Under the pieces are notes generated by a model, which was not told the DNA's origin, searched no databases, and saw only the letters and a list, made by a program, of their open reading frames with translations. Positions 1 through 7,656 of a stretch of 64,000 nt of DNA are shown here, piece after piece; within the stretch, counting starts at the first letter, position 1, and every line of letters begins with the position of its first letter. Made by a program: the position numbers and the translations under genes. Source of the stretch: Phycisphaerae bacterium (lineage in GTDB: Bacteria; Planctomycetota; Phycisphaerae; UBA1845). The stretch lies in the NCBI GenBank assembly GCA_028289375.1, contig JANQQK010000035.1:113497-177496 (forward strand). The letters run 5' to 3'.

Positions 1-55
1 CATGCTGGGCTCGGGATTGACGCTGTTCTTGATTCTGCTGTCGTCGTTCCTATAA
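1..55 (+). CDS. 3' end of a CDS entering from upstream of the window (hydrophobic tail MLGSGLTLFLILLSSFL*). The product cannot be assigned.
   Basis: Frame 2 is open from the window edge to TAA at 53-55. Only 17 codons are visible, and all are hydrophobic. Confidence 0.2.
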   Translation, partial: MLGSGLTLFLILLSSFL

Positions 56-176
56 AAGAGCGGGCCTGAGGGGATAGGCCCAGATTCTCCAATCCGCAGT
101 CTTTGCCCAGTCGTCCTGATGGGGCTGTGCAGCAGGTCAAAAACCTGTTTGCCAGAATTGTTATCGCACTTTTTCT

Positions 177-214
177 TCAAGACCGGTAACGGTCGGGGTC
201 GATACTCCTGATAA
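177..214 (+). promoter_or_regulatory. Candidate sigma-28 (FliA)-type promoter upstream of flgM
   Basis: TCAA(177-180)-N17-GTCGATAC(198-205) overlaps an alternative, TAAC(187-190)-N16-CCTGATAA(207-214). Both resemble the TAAA-N15-GCCGATAA consensus, but the spacing is 1-2 nt longer. The same TTCAA-N17-xCGATA layout occurs upstream of fliM. Confidence 0.25.
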
Positions 215-330
215 CCGAGTGGCGGTGCGCTTGGGGTGCTTCAGGGACGGAGCGTCGGAACGACCGCCGAGATTCTCGCGTCATTGGCCCCCACCGTTCA
301 CGGACGAACGCGTTTGAGGCAGATCAGGGA

Positions 331-359
331 TTGGATCGGGCAGGCCCCCGACCAATACT
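331..359 (+). promoter_or_regulatory. Candidate sigma-70-like proximal promoter of flgM (TTGGAT-N17-AATACT)
   Basis: The -35-like TTGGAT (331-336) is followed by a 17-nt spacer and the -10-like AATACT (354-359). The ATG at 372 would leave only a very short leader. Confidence 0.2.
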
Positions 360-371
360 GGGTGATCTTAC

Positions 372-674
372 ATGGACCCGCTTCGCATCACGAACGGAAA
401 TTCGGGCATCAGGCTTGTCACCGAGCTTGAGGCGGATCAGCAGGCGAAACAACGTGCCCGCACGTCGCCGGTCGATTCGCTGCAGGATTCGGTGCAGATT
501 TCAGGCCAGGCGTCCGAACTCGCCTCGCAGGACAACGCATCCAACGTGCGCCTCGATCGGATCAACAAGATCCGCGACGAAATCGACCAGGGCACTTACG
601 AATCGCCGGCGAAGATCAACGCGACGATCGAGAAGATCCTCGCGGAAATCAACGGGATCGATTTCTCGGCGTAA
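372..674 (+). CDS. flgM: Anti-sigma-28 factor FlgM
   Basis: 100-aa ORF with a Ser/Gln-rich N-terminal half. The C-terminal segment RLDRINKIRDEIDQGTYESPAKINATIEKILAEI matches the conserved FlgM sigma-28-binding helices. A strong hairpin terminator follows. Confidence 0.8.
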   Translation: MDPLRITNGNSGIRLVTELEADQQAKQRARTSPVDSLQDSVQISGQASELASQDNASNVRLDRINKIRDEIDQGTYESPAKINATIEKILAEINGIDFSA

Positions 675-701
675 AGACGCCATTCTTCAACTGCATTGCA
701 A

Positions 702-729
702 ACGCCCTCGCCCGTCGGGGGCGTTTTTT
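702..729 (+). terminator. Rho-independent terminator after flgM
   Basis: A 9-bp GC-rich stem (702-710 pairs with 716-724) encloses a 5-nt loop and is followed by a T-run to 729. Confidence 0.65.
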
Positions 730-769
730 CATGCGCGGACACCTCGGCCTGCCATGCTGACCACGCTCG

Positions 770-798
770 TTTTCAATCGGTCGCGACGGGGCTAGGAT
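770..798 (+). promoter_or_regulatory. Candidate sigma-70-like promoter giving a leaderless methyltransferase mRNA
   Basis: TTTTCA (770-775), a 17-nt spacer, then TAGGAT (793-798). The ATG at 805 lies 6 nt after the -10 box, and there is no Shine-Dalgarno sequence in between. Confidence 0.35.
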
Positions 799-804
799 GT
801 CGGC

Positions 805-1491
805 ATGAGTCGCATCGAGCCAGACATTCCGTCCGCAGAGGAAATGAAGCAGCATGCCCGCGAGGAGTTTCAGGCGTGGGCGAGCACCTACGACAAATCG
901 CTGCTGAATTACTTTCTGTTTCGGCCTTCCTACATCGTGGCCATGGAGGAGATCGCGCGGTGGCATCATGAGCACCGTCGTCCTGTGCGCGTGCTGGATA
1001 TTGGCTGTGCGACGGGGACGCTGGCGAAGATGCTGGGGTGTTCGCCGATGCCGGCGACGATCGTGGGGCTGGACTTCTGTCCGAAGATGTGCGGGATGGC
1101 GGCGCGGAAGGCGAAACACTTCGGGGTGGATCACAAAGCCCGGTTCGTCAATGCCGACAGCGAGTTCCTGCCGTTCGACGATGCGTCGTTCGACATGATC
1201 ACCTGCTCCAATTCGTTTCATCATTATCCGAATCAGGCGGCTGCGGTGGCGGAGATGCATCGCGTGCTGGATCGCGACGGGCGTGTGATGGTCGTGGACG
1301 GGTTCCGCGACTGCGTGATCGGGTGGTTCGTGTTCGATGTGGTGATCAGCCGGATCGAGCACGGCGTCTATCACGCGCCGTGGCCTGTGATGAACGGGTA
1401 TTTCGAGAAGGCCGGTTTGTCGAACATCCGCCGTCGGCAGTTCAATTTCTGGTTTCCGTCGTTCGCGACGATCGGGGATCGGGTGGCGTGA
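805..1491 (+). CDS. Class I SAM-dependent methyltransferase (Methyltransf_11/UbiE-like)
   Basis: SAM-binding motif I VLDIGCATGTLAKML, an acidic loop GLDFCPKM, and post-I/II motifs FDMITCSNSFHHYPN and DGRVMVVD. Confidence 0.85.
   Translation: MSRIEPDIPSAEEMKQHAREEFQAWASTYDKSLLNYFLFRPSYIVAMEEIARWHHEHRRPVRVLDIGCATGTLAKMLGCSPMPATIVGLDFCPKMCGMAARKAKHFGVDHKARFVNADSEFLPFDDASFDMITCSNSFHHYPNQAAAVAEMHRVLDRDGRVMVVDGFRDCVIGWFVFDVVISRIEHGVYHAPWPVMNGYFEKAGLSNIRRRQFNFWFPSFATIGDRVA
1425..1491 (+). repeat. Direct repeat copy 1 (the last 21 codons plus stop of the methyltransferase)
   Basis: catccgccgtcggcagttcaatttctggtttccgtcgttcgcgacgatcggggatcgggtggcgtga recurs at 2032-2098 with about 7 substitutions. 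Confidence 0.9.
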
Positions 1492-1597
1492 CAGAACCTC
1501 GTACTTCGATCCGACATAACTCCATCCCTCAGATGCCAACGTGGTGAGTTGCGTGGCTGGGAGTGTCGCGTCGGGTCAGACTCAGGTGGGATGAAAG

Positions 1598-1978
1598 GTG
1601 ATCACGCGATACAAGATGTATCGAGGGAAGCGTCCGGTGGACGATCCACTGCCTGCGGGGATTCGCCAGGATACGCGAAAGCACACGCGTCACTGCCTTC
1701 GTCCGACGGACGAACTGGTTCACCTCTATCTCGACGCCCCTTCCGCGAAGGCATGGAAACTGTTTGAGAAAGCGTATTTCGAAGTGCTTGATGACCGCTT
1801 CATGCAGGATGCCAGTCCATTTCATGATATTGCGGAGCTTGCAACGAAGAAGGACGTCTACATCGGCTGCAGCTGTCCAACCAGCCGAAACCCTGACCCC
1901 GCCAGGTGCCACACGGTACTTGCTCTGAAGTGGATGCGTAGACGATTCCCTCATTTGACCGTCATCATGCCGGATTGA
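1598..1978 (+). CDS. DUF488 (YeaO-like) family protein
   Basis: 126-aa ORF. Its C-terminal DVYIGCSCPTSRNPDPARCHTVLALKWM resembles the conserved Cys...CH[RT]..[LV] signature of DUF488. The start is ambiguous (GTG 1598 or ATG 1616). Confidence 0.5.
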   Translation: MITRYKMYRGKRPVDDPLPAGIRQDTRKHTRHCLRPTDELVHLYLDAPSAKAWKLFEKAYFEVLDDRFMQDASPFHDIAELATKKDVYIGCSCPTSRNPDPARCHTVLALKWMRRRFPHLTVIMPD

Positions 1979-2031
1979 GCATAGCGGTATTCAACTTGCC
2001 GTAGAGATTGATGCACTGCGAGGTCGACAAT

Positions 2032-2098
2032 CATCCACCGGCGGCAGTTCAATTTCTGGTTTCCGTCGTTCGCGACGATTGGGATTCGGGTGGCGTAG
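2032..2098 (+). pseudogene. Direct repeat copy 2: an orphan 3' fragment of the methyltransferase gene
   Basis: In the methyltransferase frame it reads IHRRQFNFWFPSFATIGIRVA*, against IRRRQFNFWFPSFATIGDRVA* for the intact gene. No upstream coding part is present. Confidence 0.7.
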
Positions 2099-2150
2099 GG
2101 GGCAGATTACAAATTGAATGGATTGCTATCATAGCACGTGAGCACTTAAG

Positions 2151-2981
2151 TTGCGCTTACGTTCAACTTGTGCCGAAAGGGGGCGGTTCACGCTGACTAT
2201 TCAAACCAATCACGTTCCTTGTGCTCATTGTGAATACGATGTCGGGCTGTTGCCAACGTCACATCCATGCCCGGAGTGCGGATTGCCAATCGAGGAATCG
2301 TTTGATAGCAGGCGGCTGTTCTTCCTTTCCCGCCGATCGTTTGTCTTGATCAGGACCGGAGCATCTCTCTGGCTCCTCCTTCACGCCGTTTGGATCATTC
2401 AGTTTCCAATCGTGCTGATCCTTGGAGCCGGTCCTGAAGCTCAGGCCGCCGTGCACGCAGGATTACACATGTTGGGCGTTGTCGCGATGCTGAGTCTCTT
2501 TGTCGGGGCATGTTCAGCGACAAAGCTACGCTACATTCGATACGCCGTGTTTGGCGTCACCTGTTGCCTGCTGGCGATCTTTTCGACTTACGCGGTATTG
2601 TCGATCATCGATGCGACAATGGACGAGGAAGGGCTTGTATTCGAATGGCGCACAAATCTGGGCTCGATCGCGATGTTTGGAGTGCTATTTTACCAACTTG
2701 GTTACTGCGTGTTGATCGCTCGCTGCATGGGTCGTGTCCCGAATCGACGCGGCAAACGCCTTGGCTACGTCACGGGCGTCGGAATTGCTGCCTTCGTTGC
2801 AGGCGTGACTCTGTGCGTGGCAGTGGCACCAAAACTCACGCAAGAAATCGGAGACTGCTTCCTGCTTGCGATTCTGGGACTGTTCGTGCTCTCGCTCTGG
2901 ACCAGTTTGTATGCCTGCCGCTGCCTGTTGCGCGTCGATCGAATGCGCAAGACCTGGCAGGATGAGCCTTCGACTTCCTGA
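2151..2981 (+). CDS. Polytopic membrane protein with an N-terminal zinc-ribbon (CxxC...CxxC); hypothetical
   Basis: CAHCEYDVGLLPTSHPCPECG is followed by about 6 hydrophobic helices. The region is visibly more A/T-rich than its neighbours. The start is uncertain (TTG 2151). Confidence 0.5.
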   Translation: MRLRSTCAERGRFTLTIQTNHVPCAHCEYDVGLLPTSHPCPECGLPIEESFDSRRLFFLSRRSFVLIRTGASLWLLLHAVWIIQFPIVLILGAGPEAQAAVHAGLHMLGVVAMLSLFVGACSATKLRYIRYAVFGVTCCLLAIFSTYAVLSIIDATMDEEGLVFEWRTNLGSIAMFGVLFYQLGYCVLIARCMGRVPNRRGKRLGYVTGVGIAAFVAGVTLCVAVAPKLTQEIGDCFLLAILGLFVLSLWTSLYACRCLLRVDRMRKTWQDEPSTS

Positions 2982-3047
2982 ATCGTTGGGCCGCTCCAAT
3001 CGACTCCCCCACTCCCGGCGCGCCGGGGAAAGCTGTGTGTCTCCCGG

Positions 3048-3392
3048 TCAGCTCGGTTTGATGCGACGATACGTGGCGTCGATCATGTCGGCGCGTTGGT
3101 TGAAGAGGTCCATGGCGACGTCGTCTTCGAGCAGGTGTTTCATCATGGGGCTGTCGGCGCCGAAGCGGAAGGCGTGGGCTTCCTCGGAGTCAGAGCCATG
3201 CTTGGCGACCATGTTGAGGTACAGCTCGACCATCTCGCGGACGCCGGAGGATTCCTCCTCGCGGCGTTCGGCGTTGAGGGCGTCGATGAGTCGTCGCTTG
3301 CGCGTGCGTGCCGACCAGATGGACCGGACGAAGATCGATAGGCCAACCACAAACACCGCAGCAAGAGCCAATAGGGCATATAGCCTGAACAT
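3048..3392 (-). CDS. Small N-terminally membrane-anchored protein, hypothetical
   Basis: 114 aa with the N-terminal helix LYALLALAAVFVVGLSIFV followed by a charged soluble part. AAGGA lies 7 nt upstream of the ATG. Confidence 0.5.
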   Translation of the reverse strand: MFRLYALLALAAVFVVGLSIFVRSIWSARTRKRRLIDALNAERREEESSGVREMVELYLNMVAKHGSDSEEAHAFRFGADSPMMKHLLEDDVAMDLFNQRADMIDATYRRIKPS

Positions 3393-3564
3393 CGTTTTGT
3401 CCTTGCGCGCGAGGTCGCGGGTTCGTATCGGGCCGCTCTGAGGCCCAACGCTTTCGTTACGTGAACTCCCCGCTTGAGTTCGCTCTTACGCCCGCCACCC
3501 ACGAGGGGTGGCGCTACAGGTTCCGTTCTGCAGCCGGCGACAGGTTCTGTCCCGTAGTCTATGG

Positions 3565-4701
3565 CTACGGGGTGGTTGCCGACGCGGTTGACGCGGTGGC
3601 GGTGCCGCCCGGTCGCACGATGCCGTCGATGGCAGCCATGATGCGGTCGGTGATGACGTTGATGGTCATGCCCTCGGGGATGTACCCCTGAACACCGCGA
3701 TTGGCTTCGGCGATCGACTTGGCGATTTCGATGCGGACGAAGGCGTCGGCACCTTCGACAGCGTACGCCTGCAGTTGCAGTTTCTTGGCGTCTGCTTCGG
3801 CGCGACCCAGCGCGAGGATGGCGGCGGCGCGGAGTTCACCGGACTCCTTCTCGGCTTCAGCTTCAAGGACGCGCTTTTTCTTGTCTGCTTCCGCTGCGAG
3901 GATTTCCTGTTCGGCCCTCTTTTGGGCTTCAAGGACGCCGACTTCTTTGTCGCGTTGAGCCTCGACAACGGCACGTTTGAAGTCTGCCTGCGCTTCGGCT
4001 TCGGCCTTGTTTGCTTCTTCGAGCGCGGCTTTCGTTTCCTCTATGGCTCGCTCCTTTTTCTGCATGGCGACCTGGCGTTTGGAGATCTGCTCAAGGTATT
4101 CCGGGTCCAGGGCAATCTCCTCAATGACAAAATTCTCGACGATGAGTCCCTGTCTACGGACCTCACCGTCGGCATCCGTCAATCTTGCTTCAATCTCAGA
4201 CTGCAATTCCACCAGTCCTTCACCCGCGTATGCGACGATGGCTTCACGGGTGGTGGCTGCGTCTTTCACCTCGCGCAGCAAGACGGGCCGGAGGATCTTC
4301 TCTTCGAAGTCGCGACGAACGGTCTTGTGGATGAGGATGATCTTCTCGGGGTCGAGTCTCCAACGCACGTTCAGCGAGATGGTCAGATCCTGGCCTTCTT
4401 TGGATTGCACCGTGTAAGTGTCAACATCGCGACCGGTGGCGTACTCGTCGCGCCCGGATGTGTCGTTCATGACGTAGACCTGCGACGACATGTCGTAGGT
4501 GTAGACCGTGTGCATGAATCCCGGGAAGAAGAAGTAAGTCTTCGGCTGGAGCGGCTCATCGATGACACCATCGCTCCACGTTTCGTGCACGCCGAGTTCG
4601 TTACCCTCGACGCGCGTTACCTCAAACAGGACGAAGAAGACCACGATCATCGCCATCGCGAGCGTGGCCCCGACCAACGCAAACAACCTTGTTTTCGACA
4701 T
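3565..4701 (-). CDS. SPFH/Band-7 (prohibitin/HflC-like) domain protein with a long coiled-coil tail
   Basis: N-terminal TM helix, an SPFH core (LNVRWRLDPEKIILIHKTV...ILRPVLLREVKDAAT), then an Ala/Glu/Lys-rich coiled coil. The start was moved to the ATG at 4701, which has a GGAAAGGCGGA ribosome-binding site. Confidence 0.8.
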   Translation of the reverse strand: MSKTRLFALVGATLAMAMIVVFFVLFEVTRVEGNELGVHETWSDGVIDEPLQPKTYFFFPGFMHTVYTYDMSSQVYVMNDTSGRDEYATGRDVDTYTVQSKEGQDLTISLNVRWRLDPEKIILIHKTVRRDFEEKILRPVLLREVKDAATTREAIVAYAGEGLVELQSEIEARLTDADGEVRRQGLIVENFVIEEIALDPEYLEQISKRQVAMQKKERAIEETKAALEEANKAEAEAQADFKRAVVEAQRDKEVGVLEAQKRAEQEILAAEADKKKRVLEAEAEKESGELRAAAILALGRAEADAKKLQLQAYAVEGADAFVRIEIAKSIAEANRGVQGYIPEGMTINVITDRIMAAIDGIVRPGGTATASTASATTP

Positions 4702-4872
4702 CACTCGTTCCGCCTTTCCGTTGCTGATCGACATGGGTGATACCGGTCCCATCGCAGACGGACATGGTCCGCGCCCCCGGCTCTCTATGTGCAATATACG
4801 GCACAAACCGGTAGCCGCCCATTATGAACAGGCGCGTTGTTTGTAGCGGGCGGCAGGCGAGAACGGACGATT

Positions 4873-6747
4873 TCAGACACGTGCTGACAAGGTGAGTTCG
4901 GCTGGAGCGTCGGCGGTTGGTATTGGCGTGCAGGTCCAGGCGATCTCGGCGGGGATGCAGGCCGATTCGGTGCCGTCGGTACAGTAGACGAAGGTGACGT
5001 CGATACGCCAAGGGTCGGTTGGCGTGTCGTTGTCGATCGCGAGTTTGATGCGGACAGGCGTCTCGGTGGTGAAGCGCGTTTCCTGATGGAGAACAGTGTC
5101 GGCGGTGGCAATGCGGATGCTGACGGGGGCGTCGGCGTTGATGTGCGCGCCGGCGGGGAGCTTGATGTCCAGGGCGATGGTGAGCGATCCGTTCAATGGG
5201 ACGACGACCTTGCCGGCGTCGTTGGCGTTCGATGGATCAGACGGTGTTGCGGGTGTGGTCAGGCTGGCGATCTTGAGTTCCGTCCAGGCATGCGACTGGA
5301 GGTTGACGTGGACGATGCGGTGGTTGTTGGTGTCGGCGATGAAGAGGTCGTCGCCGTCGGCGTGGAGGCCACCGGGTTCGAAGAGGCCGAGCGCGCCATC
5401 GGAGCCTGTGGTGGCGGGTTGGCCGGTGCCGTAGAGCGTCGTGACGTGACCTGAGCCGGGATCGACGGACTTGATCTTGTGGTTGTATGTGTCGGCCACG
5501 AGCAGGGTATCGTGCCAACCCGTGACACCGAGGCAGTGTTGAAGGCGGGCTTGTTTCGCATCGCCATCAACATCGCCAAAGACGAACAGTCCAGAGCCGA
5601 CGAGGGTAAAGACCTGTTCGGAGGCAAGGTCGATGCCACGGATGGCGCTGACCTCGCTGTCGGCGAAGTAGAGTTTGCCCTTGTGCAGGCAGATACCGGA
5701 CGGTTGGGAAAGGGCGGCGGTCTCGACCGGTCCGTCGACGATGTTCTCGCGACCGCTGCCGGCCAATGCTCGTGCGAAACCGATGGGCATTTCGGCCCGC
5801 CAGATCTGATGGATGCCGGCCATCGCGATGTAAAGCGTGCCACCTTCTATGGCGAGGTCCCATGGGGAGCTGATTTCCTGCCCAGTGCCCATGGCGCCGC
5901 CGGCGCGGTCGTAACCCATTTCGCCGGTGCCGATGACGGTGGTGGTGTGCCACGTGTTGACATCGACGGCGCGGATGAGGTGGTTTTCGGTGTCGGCGAC
6001 GTAGAGGGTGTCGCCGCTGATGGCGAGGCCTTGCGGGTGGTCGAAGGTAGCGGATTCCGCAGGTCCGTCGTCGCGACCAACATGTCCGGAGCCAATCGTT
6101 TTGATGAGAGTGCAATGGCCTTGGGCGTCGGGCCATGTGACGGCGATGATGCGGTTGTGATTGGAGTCGGCGATGAAGAGGCGATCGTTGTCGCGGTCGG
6201 CGAGGACCTTGCCCGGGAAGGCAAGACCCGTGGCGGGTTCGACGTGGCCATCCAATTGAATGGTGACGGGCTTCTCAGCCAATGTGCCCTTGGCGGCGTG
6301 TTCGTCGAAGATGGCGGCGATGGTGGTGTCGAGCGTTTCGCGGTTGCCTTCGCCTGCGGTGGTGGCGGCGACGTAGCCTTCGGGGTCGATGACGACAAAG
6401 GTAGGCCAACTGCGGGCGGCGTAGGCGCGCCAGAGTTTCATCTGGTCGTCGATGATGACGGGGTGCTCGATTTCGTAGCGGTGGATGGCGGCGCGGACGG
6501 TCTGGCGGTTGGCTTCGTTGGTGAATTTGGCGCTGTGGACGCCGACGACGACGAACGGTTTGTCGGCGTACTTGTGTTCGAGGTATTTCAGGTCGGGCAG
6601 GATGTGGATGCAGTTGATGCAGCAGTAGGTCCAGAAGTCGAGGATGACGACGTGGCCTTTGAGTTCATGGGCGAGTCGCAGCGGCTTGTCGGTGTTCAGC
6701 CAGCCAAGCGGCGATTCGAGTTCTGGAGCGTGGATGTTGCTGGTCAT
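4873..6747 (-). CDS. Thioredoxin-like (redoxin, CxxC) domain fused to an NHL-repeat beta-propeller (NHLRC2-like)
   Basis: VVILDFWTYCCINCIHILPDL (a TlpA/AhpC-TSA-type CxxC) is followed by repeated NHL-type units (FxxPxGLA...LYVADTxNHxI). Confidence 0.8.
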   Translation of the reverse strand: MTSNIHAPELESPLGWLNTDKPLRLAHELKGHVVILDFWTYCCINCIHILPDLKYLEHKYADKPFVVVGVHSAKFTNEANRQTVRAAIHRYEIEHPVIIDDQMKLWRAYAARSWPTFVVIDPEGYVAATTAGEGNRETLDTTIAAIFDEHAAKGTLAEKPVTIQLDGHVEPATGLAFPGKVLADRDNDRLFIADSNHNRIIAVTWPDAQGHCTLIKTIGSGHVGRDDGPAESATFDHPQGLAISGDTLYVADTENHLIRAVDVNTWHTTTVIGTGEMGYDRAGGAMGTGQEISSPWDLAIEGGTLYIAMAGIHQIWRAEMPIGFARALAGSGRENIVDGPVETAALSQPSGICLHKGKLYFADSEVSAIRGIDLASEQVFTLVGSGLFVFGDVDGDAKQARLQHCLGVTGWHDTLLVADTYNHKIKSVDPGSGHVTTLYGTGQPATTGSDGALGLFEPGGLHADGDDLFIADTNNHRIVHVNLQSHAWTELKIASLTTPATPSDPSNANDAGKVVVPLNGSLTIALDIKLPAGAHINADAPVSIRIATADTVLHQETRFTTETPVRIKLAIDNDTPTDPWRIDVTFVYCTDGTESACIPAEIAWTCTPIPTADAPAELTLSARV

Positions 6748-6786
6748 GGTGATGTTCTGCTGCGGAAGTTGACGACGACTGGACGG

Positions 6787-7185
6787 TCACCCGTCCCAGA
6801 TTTCGGATGTTACCAACTCGATGGAGTTGTTGGCAGGGTCGCGGAAGTAGAGCGACTGGGCGCCGTTGCCCCATGTCACTTCCTGCTCGATGGGGATGGC
6901 GTGGGCGGCGAGGCGGTCGCGCCATGGCTGGAGGTCGCCGTGGGTGATGGAGAAAGCGACGTGCCCTGGGCCAACAGCACCGTGGGACGGCACTTCGCGC
7001 GAGCCGGCCGACTCATCCGGATCGAAAATCAGGAGGACACTATCATCACTCACACGAAAGAACACGAACACCGGCAACTGCTTTGACATCTTCTGCAAAC
7101 CGAGCACGTCGGCGTAGAAGGACTCCATGGCTGGCAGGTCTTTCGTGTAGATGCAGGTTTCCAGAACTCGTGATATGGTCGGCAT
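6787..7185 (-). CDS. VOC family protein (glyoxalase/bleomycin-resistance/dioxygenase fold)
   Basis: 132 aa with the typical VOC pattern: LETCIYTKDLPAMESFYADVLGL ... GHVAFSI ... SLYFRDPANNSIEL. Confidence 0.75.
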   Translation of the reverse strand: MPTISRVLETCIYTKDLPAMESFYADVLGLQKMSKQLPVFVFFRVSDDSVLLIFDPDESAGSREVPSHGAVGPGHVAFSITHGDLQPWRDRLAAHAIPIEQEVTWGNGAQSLYFRDPANNSIELVTSEIWDG

Positions 7186-7191
7186 GGTGGA

Positions 7192-7220
7192 AGTCTAACA
7201 CGGCGGTGCACTGGTGCGAA
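7192..7220 (-). promoter_or_regulatory. Candidate promoter giving a leaderless VOC/Trx-NHL operon transcript
   Basis: The minus strand reads TTCGCA-N17-TAGACT, followed by 6 nt (TCCACC) and the ATG at 7185. No Shine-Dalgarno sequence is present. Confidence 0.3.
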
Positions 7221-7242
7221 CTGAAATCCGGATGACGACAGA

Positions 7243-7557
7243 ATGAACAGCGAACAAGGCCCCAAAGACATCAAGGCCAAGCGCGACGAGGGCGTGCTGA
7301 TCATCACGTGGGCTGATGCAAGGGTGGATCGACTCGGGTTTCGCGACCTGCGGTTGGCGTGCGGATGCGCAGGGTGCATTCATGAGTTCACGCGGGAGCC
7401 GCTGCTCGATCCGGACACCGTGCCGTTGGACATCACGATCGCCGGCATGTCGCTGGTCGGCAATTACGCGATTCAGATCAATTGGTCCGATGGGCACGAC
7501 ACCGGCATCTACACGTGGACGCGGATCCGCGAAGTTGCCAATGGGAGAGCAGAGTAA
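7243..7557 (+). CDS. DUF971 family protein (gamma-butyrobetaine hydroxylase-like N-terminal domain)
   Basis: LRLACGCAGCIHE ... VGNYAIQINWSDGHDTGIYTW matches the DUF971 signature. Confidence 0.75.
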   Translation: MNSEQGPKDIKAKRDEGVLIITWADARVDRLGFRDLRLACGCAGCIHEFTREPLLDPDTVPLDITIAGMSLVGNYAIQINWSDGHDTGIYTWTRIREVANGRAE

Positions 7558-7656
7558 CGCCGTGTTCAAAGTTTTTGAAAGCACGTTGGCTGCGACGTGG
7601 CGTAGGATGATGCCGATGTGTTGGATGTGGGAATCAGTCATAAGGAGAGGTGTTTG

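Noticed and set aside
2008-2196. ORFs 1038-1547 and 2008-2196 share the peptide VQFLVSVVRDD, which suggested paralogous small proteins
   Set aside because: This is the off-frame reading of the 67-bp direct repeat (1425-1491 and 2032-2098). In the correct frame it is the methyltransferase C-terminus, not a separate gene family.
5479-7086. Long plus-strand ORF (535 aa) and many other 100-470-aa ORFs lying antisense to recognisable genes. Examples are 649-1539, 7948-9024, 11868-13289, 13358-14449, 14531-15652, 16232-17149, 18790-19770, 22088-23332, 27710-28963, 37199-38251, 39119-40531, 40550-42373, 48230-49186, 54133-55233 and 61550-62458.
   Set aside because: Their translations are Arg/Pro/His/Gly-rich low-complexity strings without motifs. 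Each is fully overlapped by an opposite-strand or other-frame ORF with clear family signatures. This is the expected shadow-ORF artefact of high-GC DNA with GC-rich third positions.
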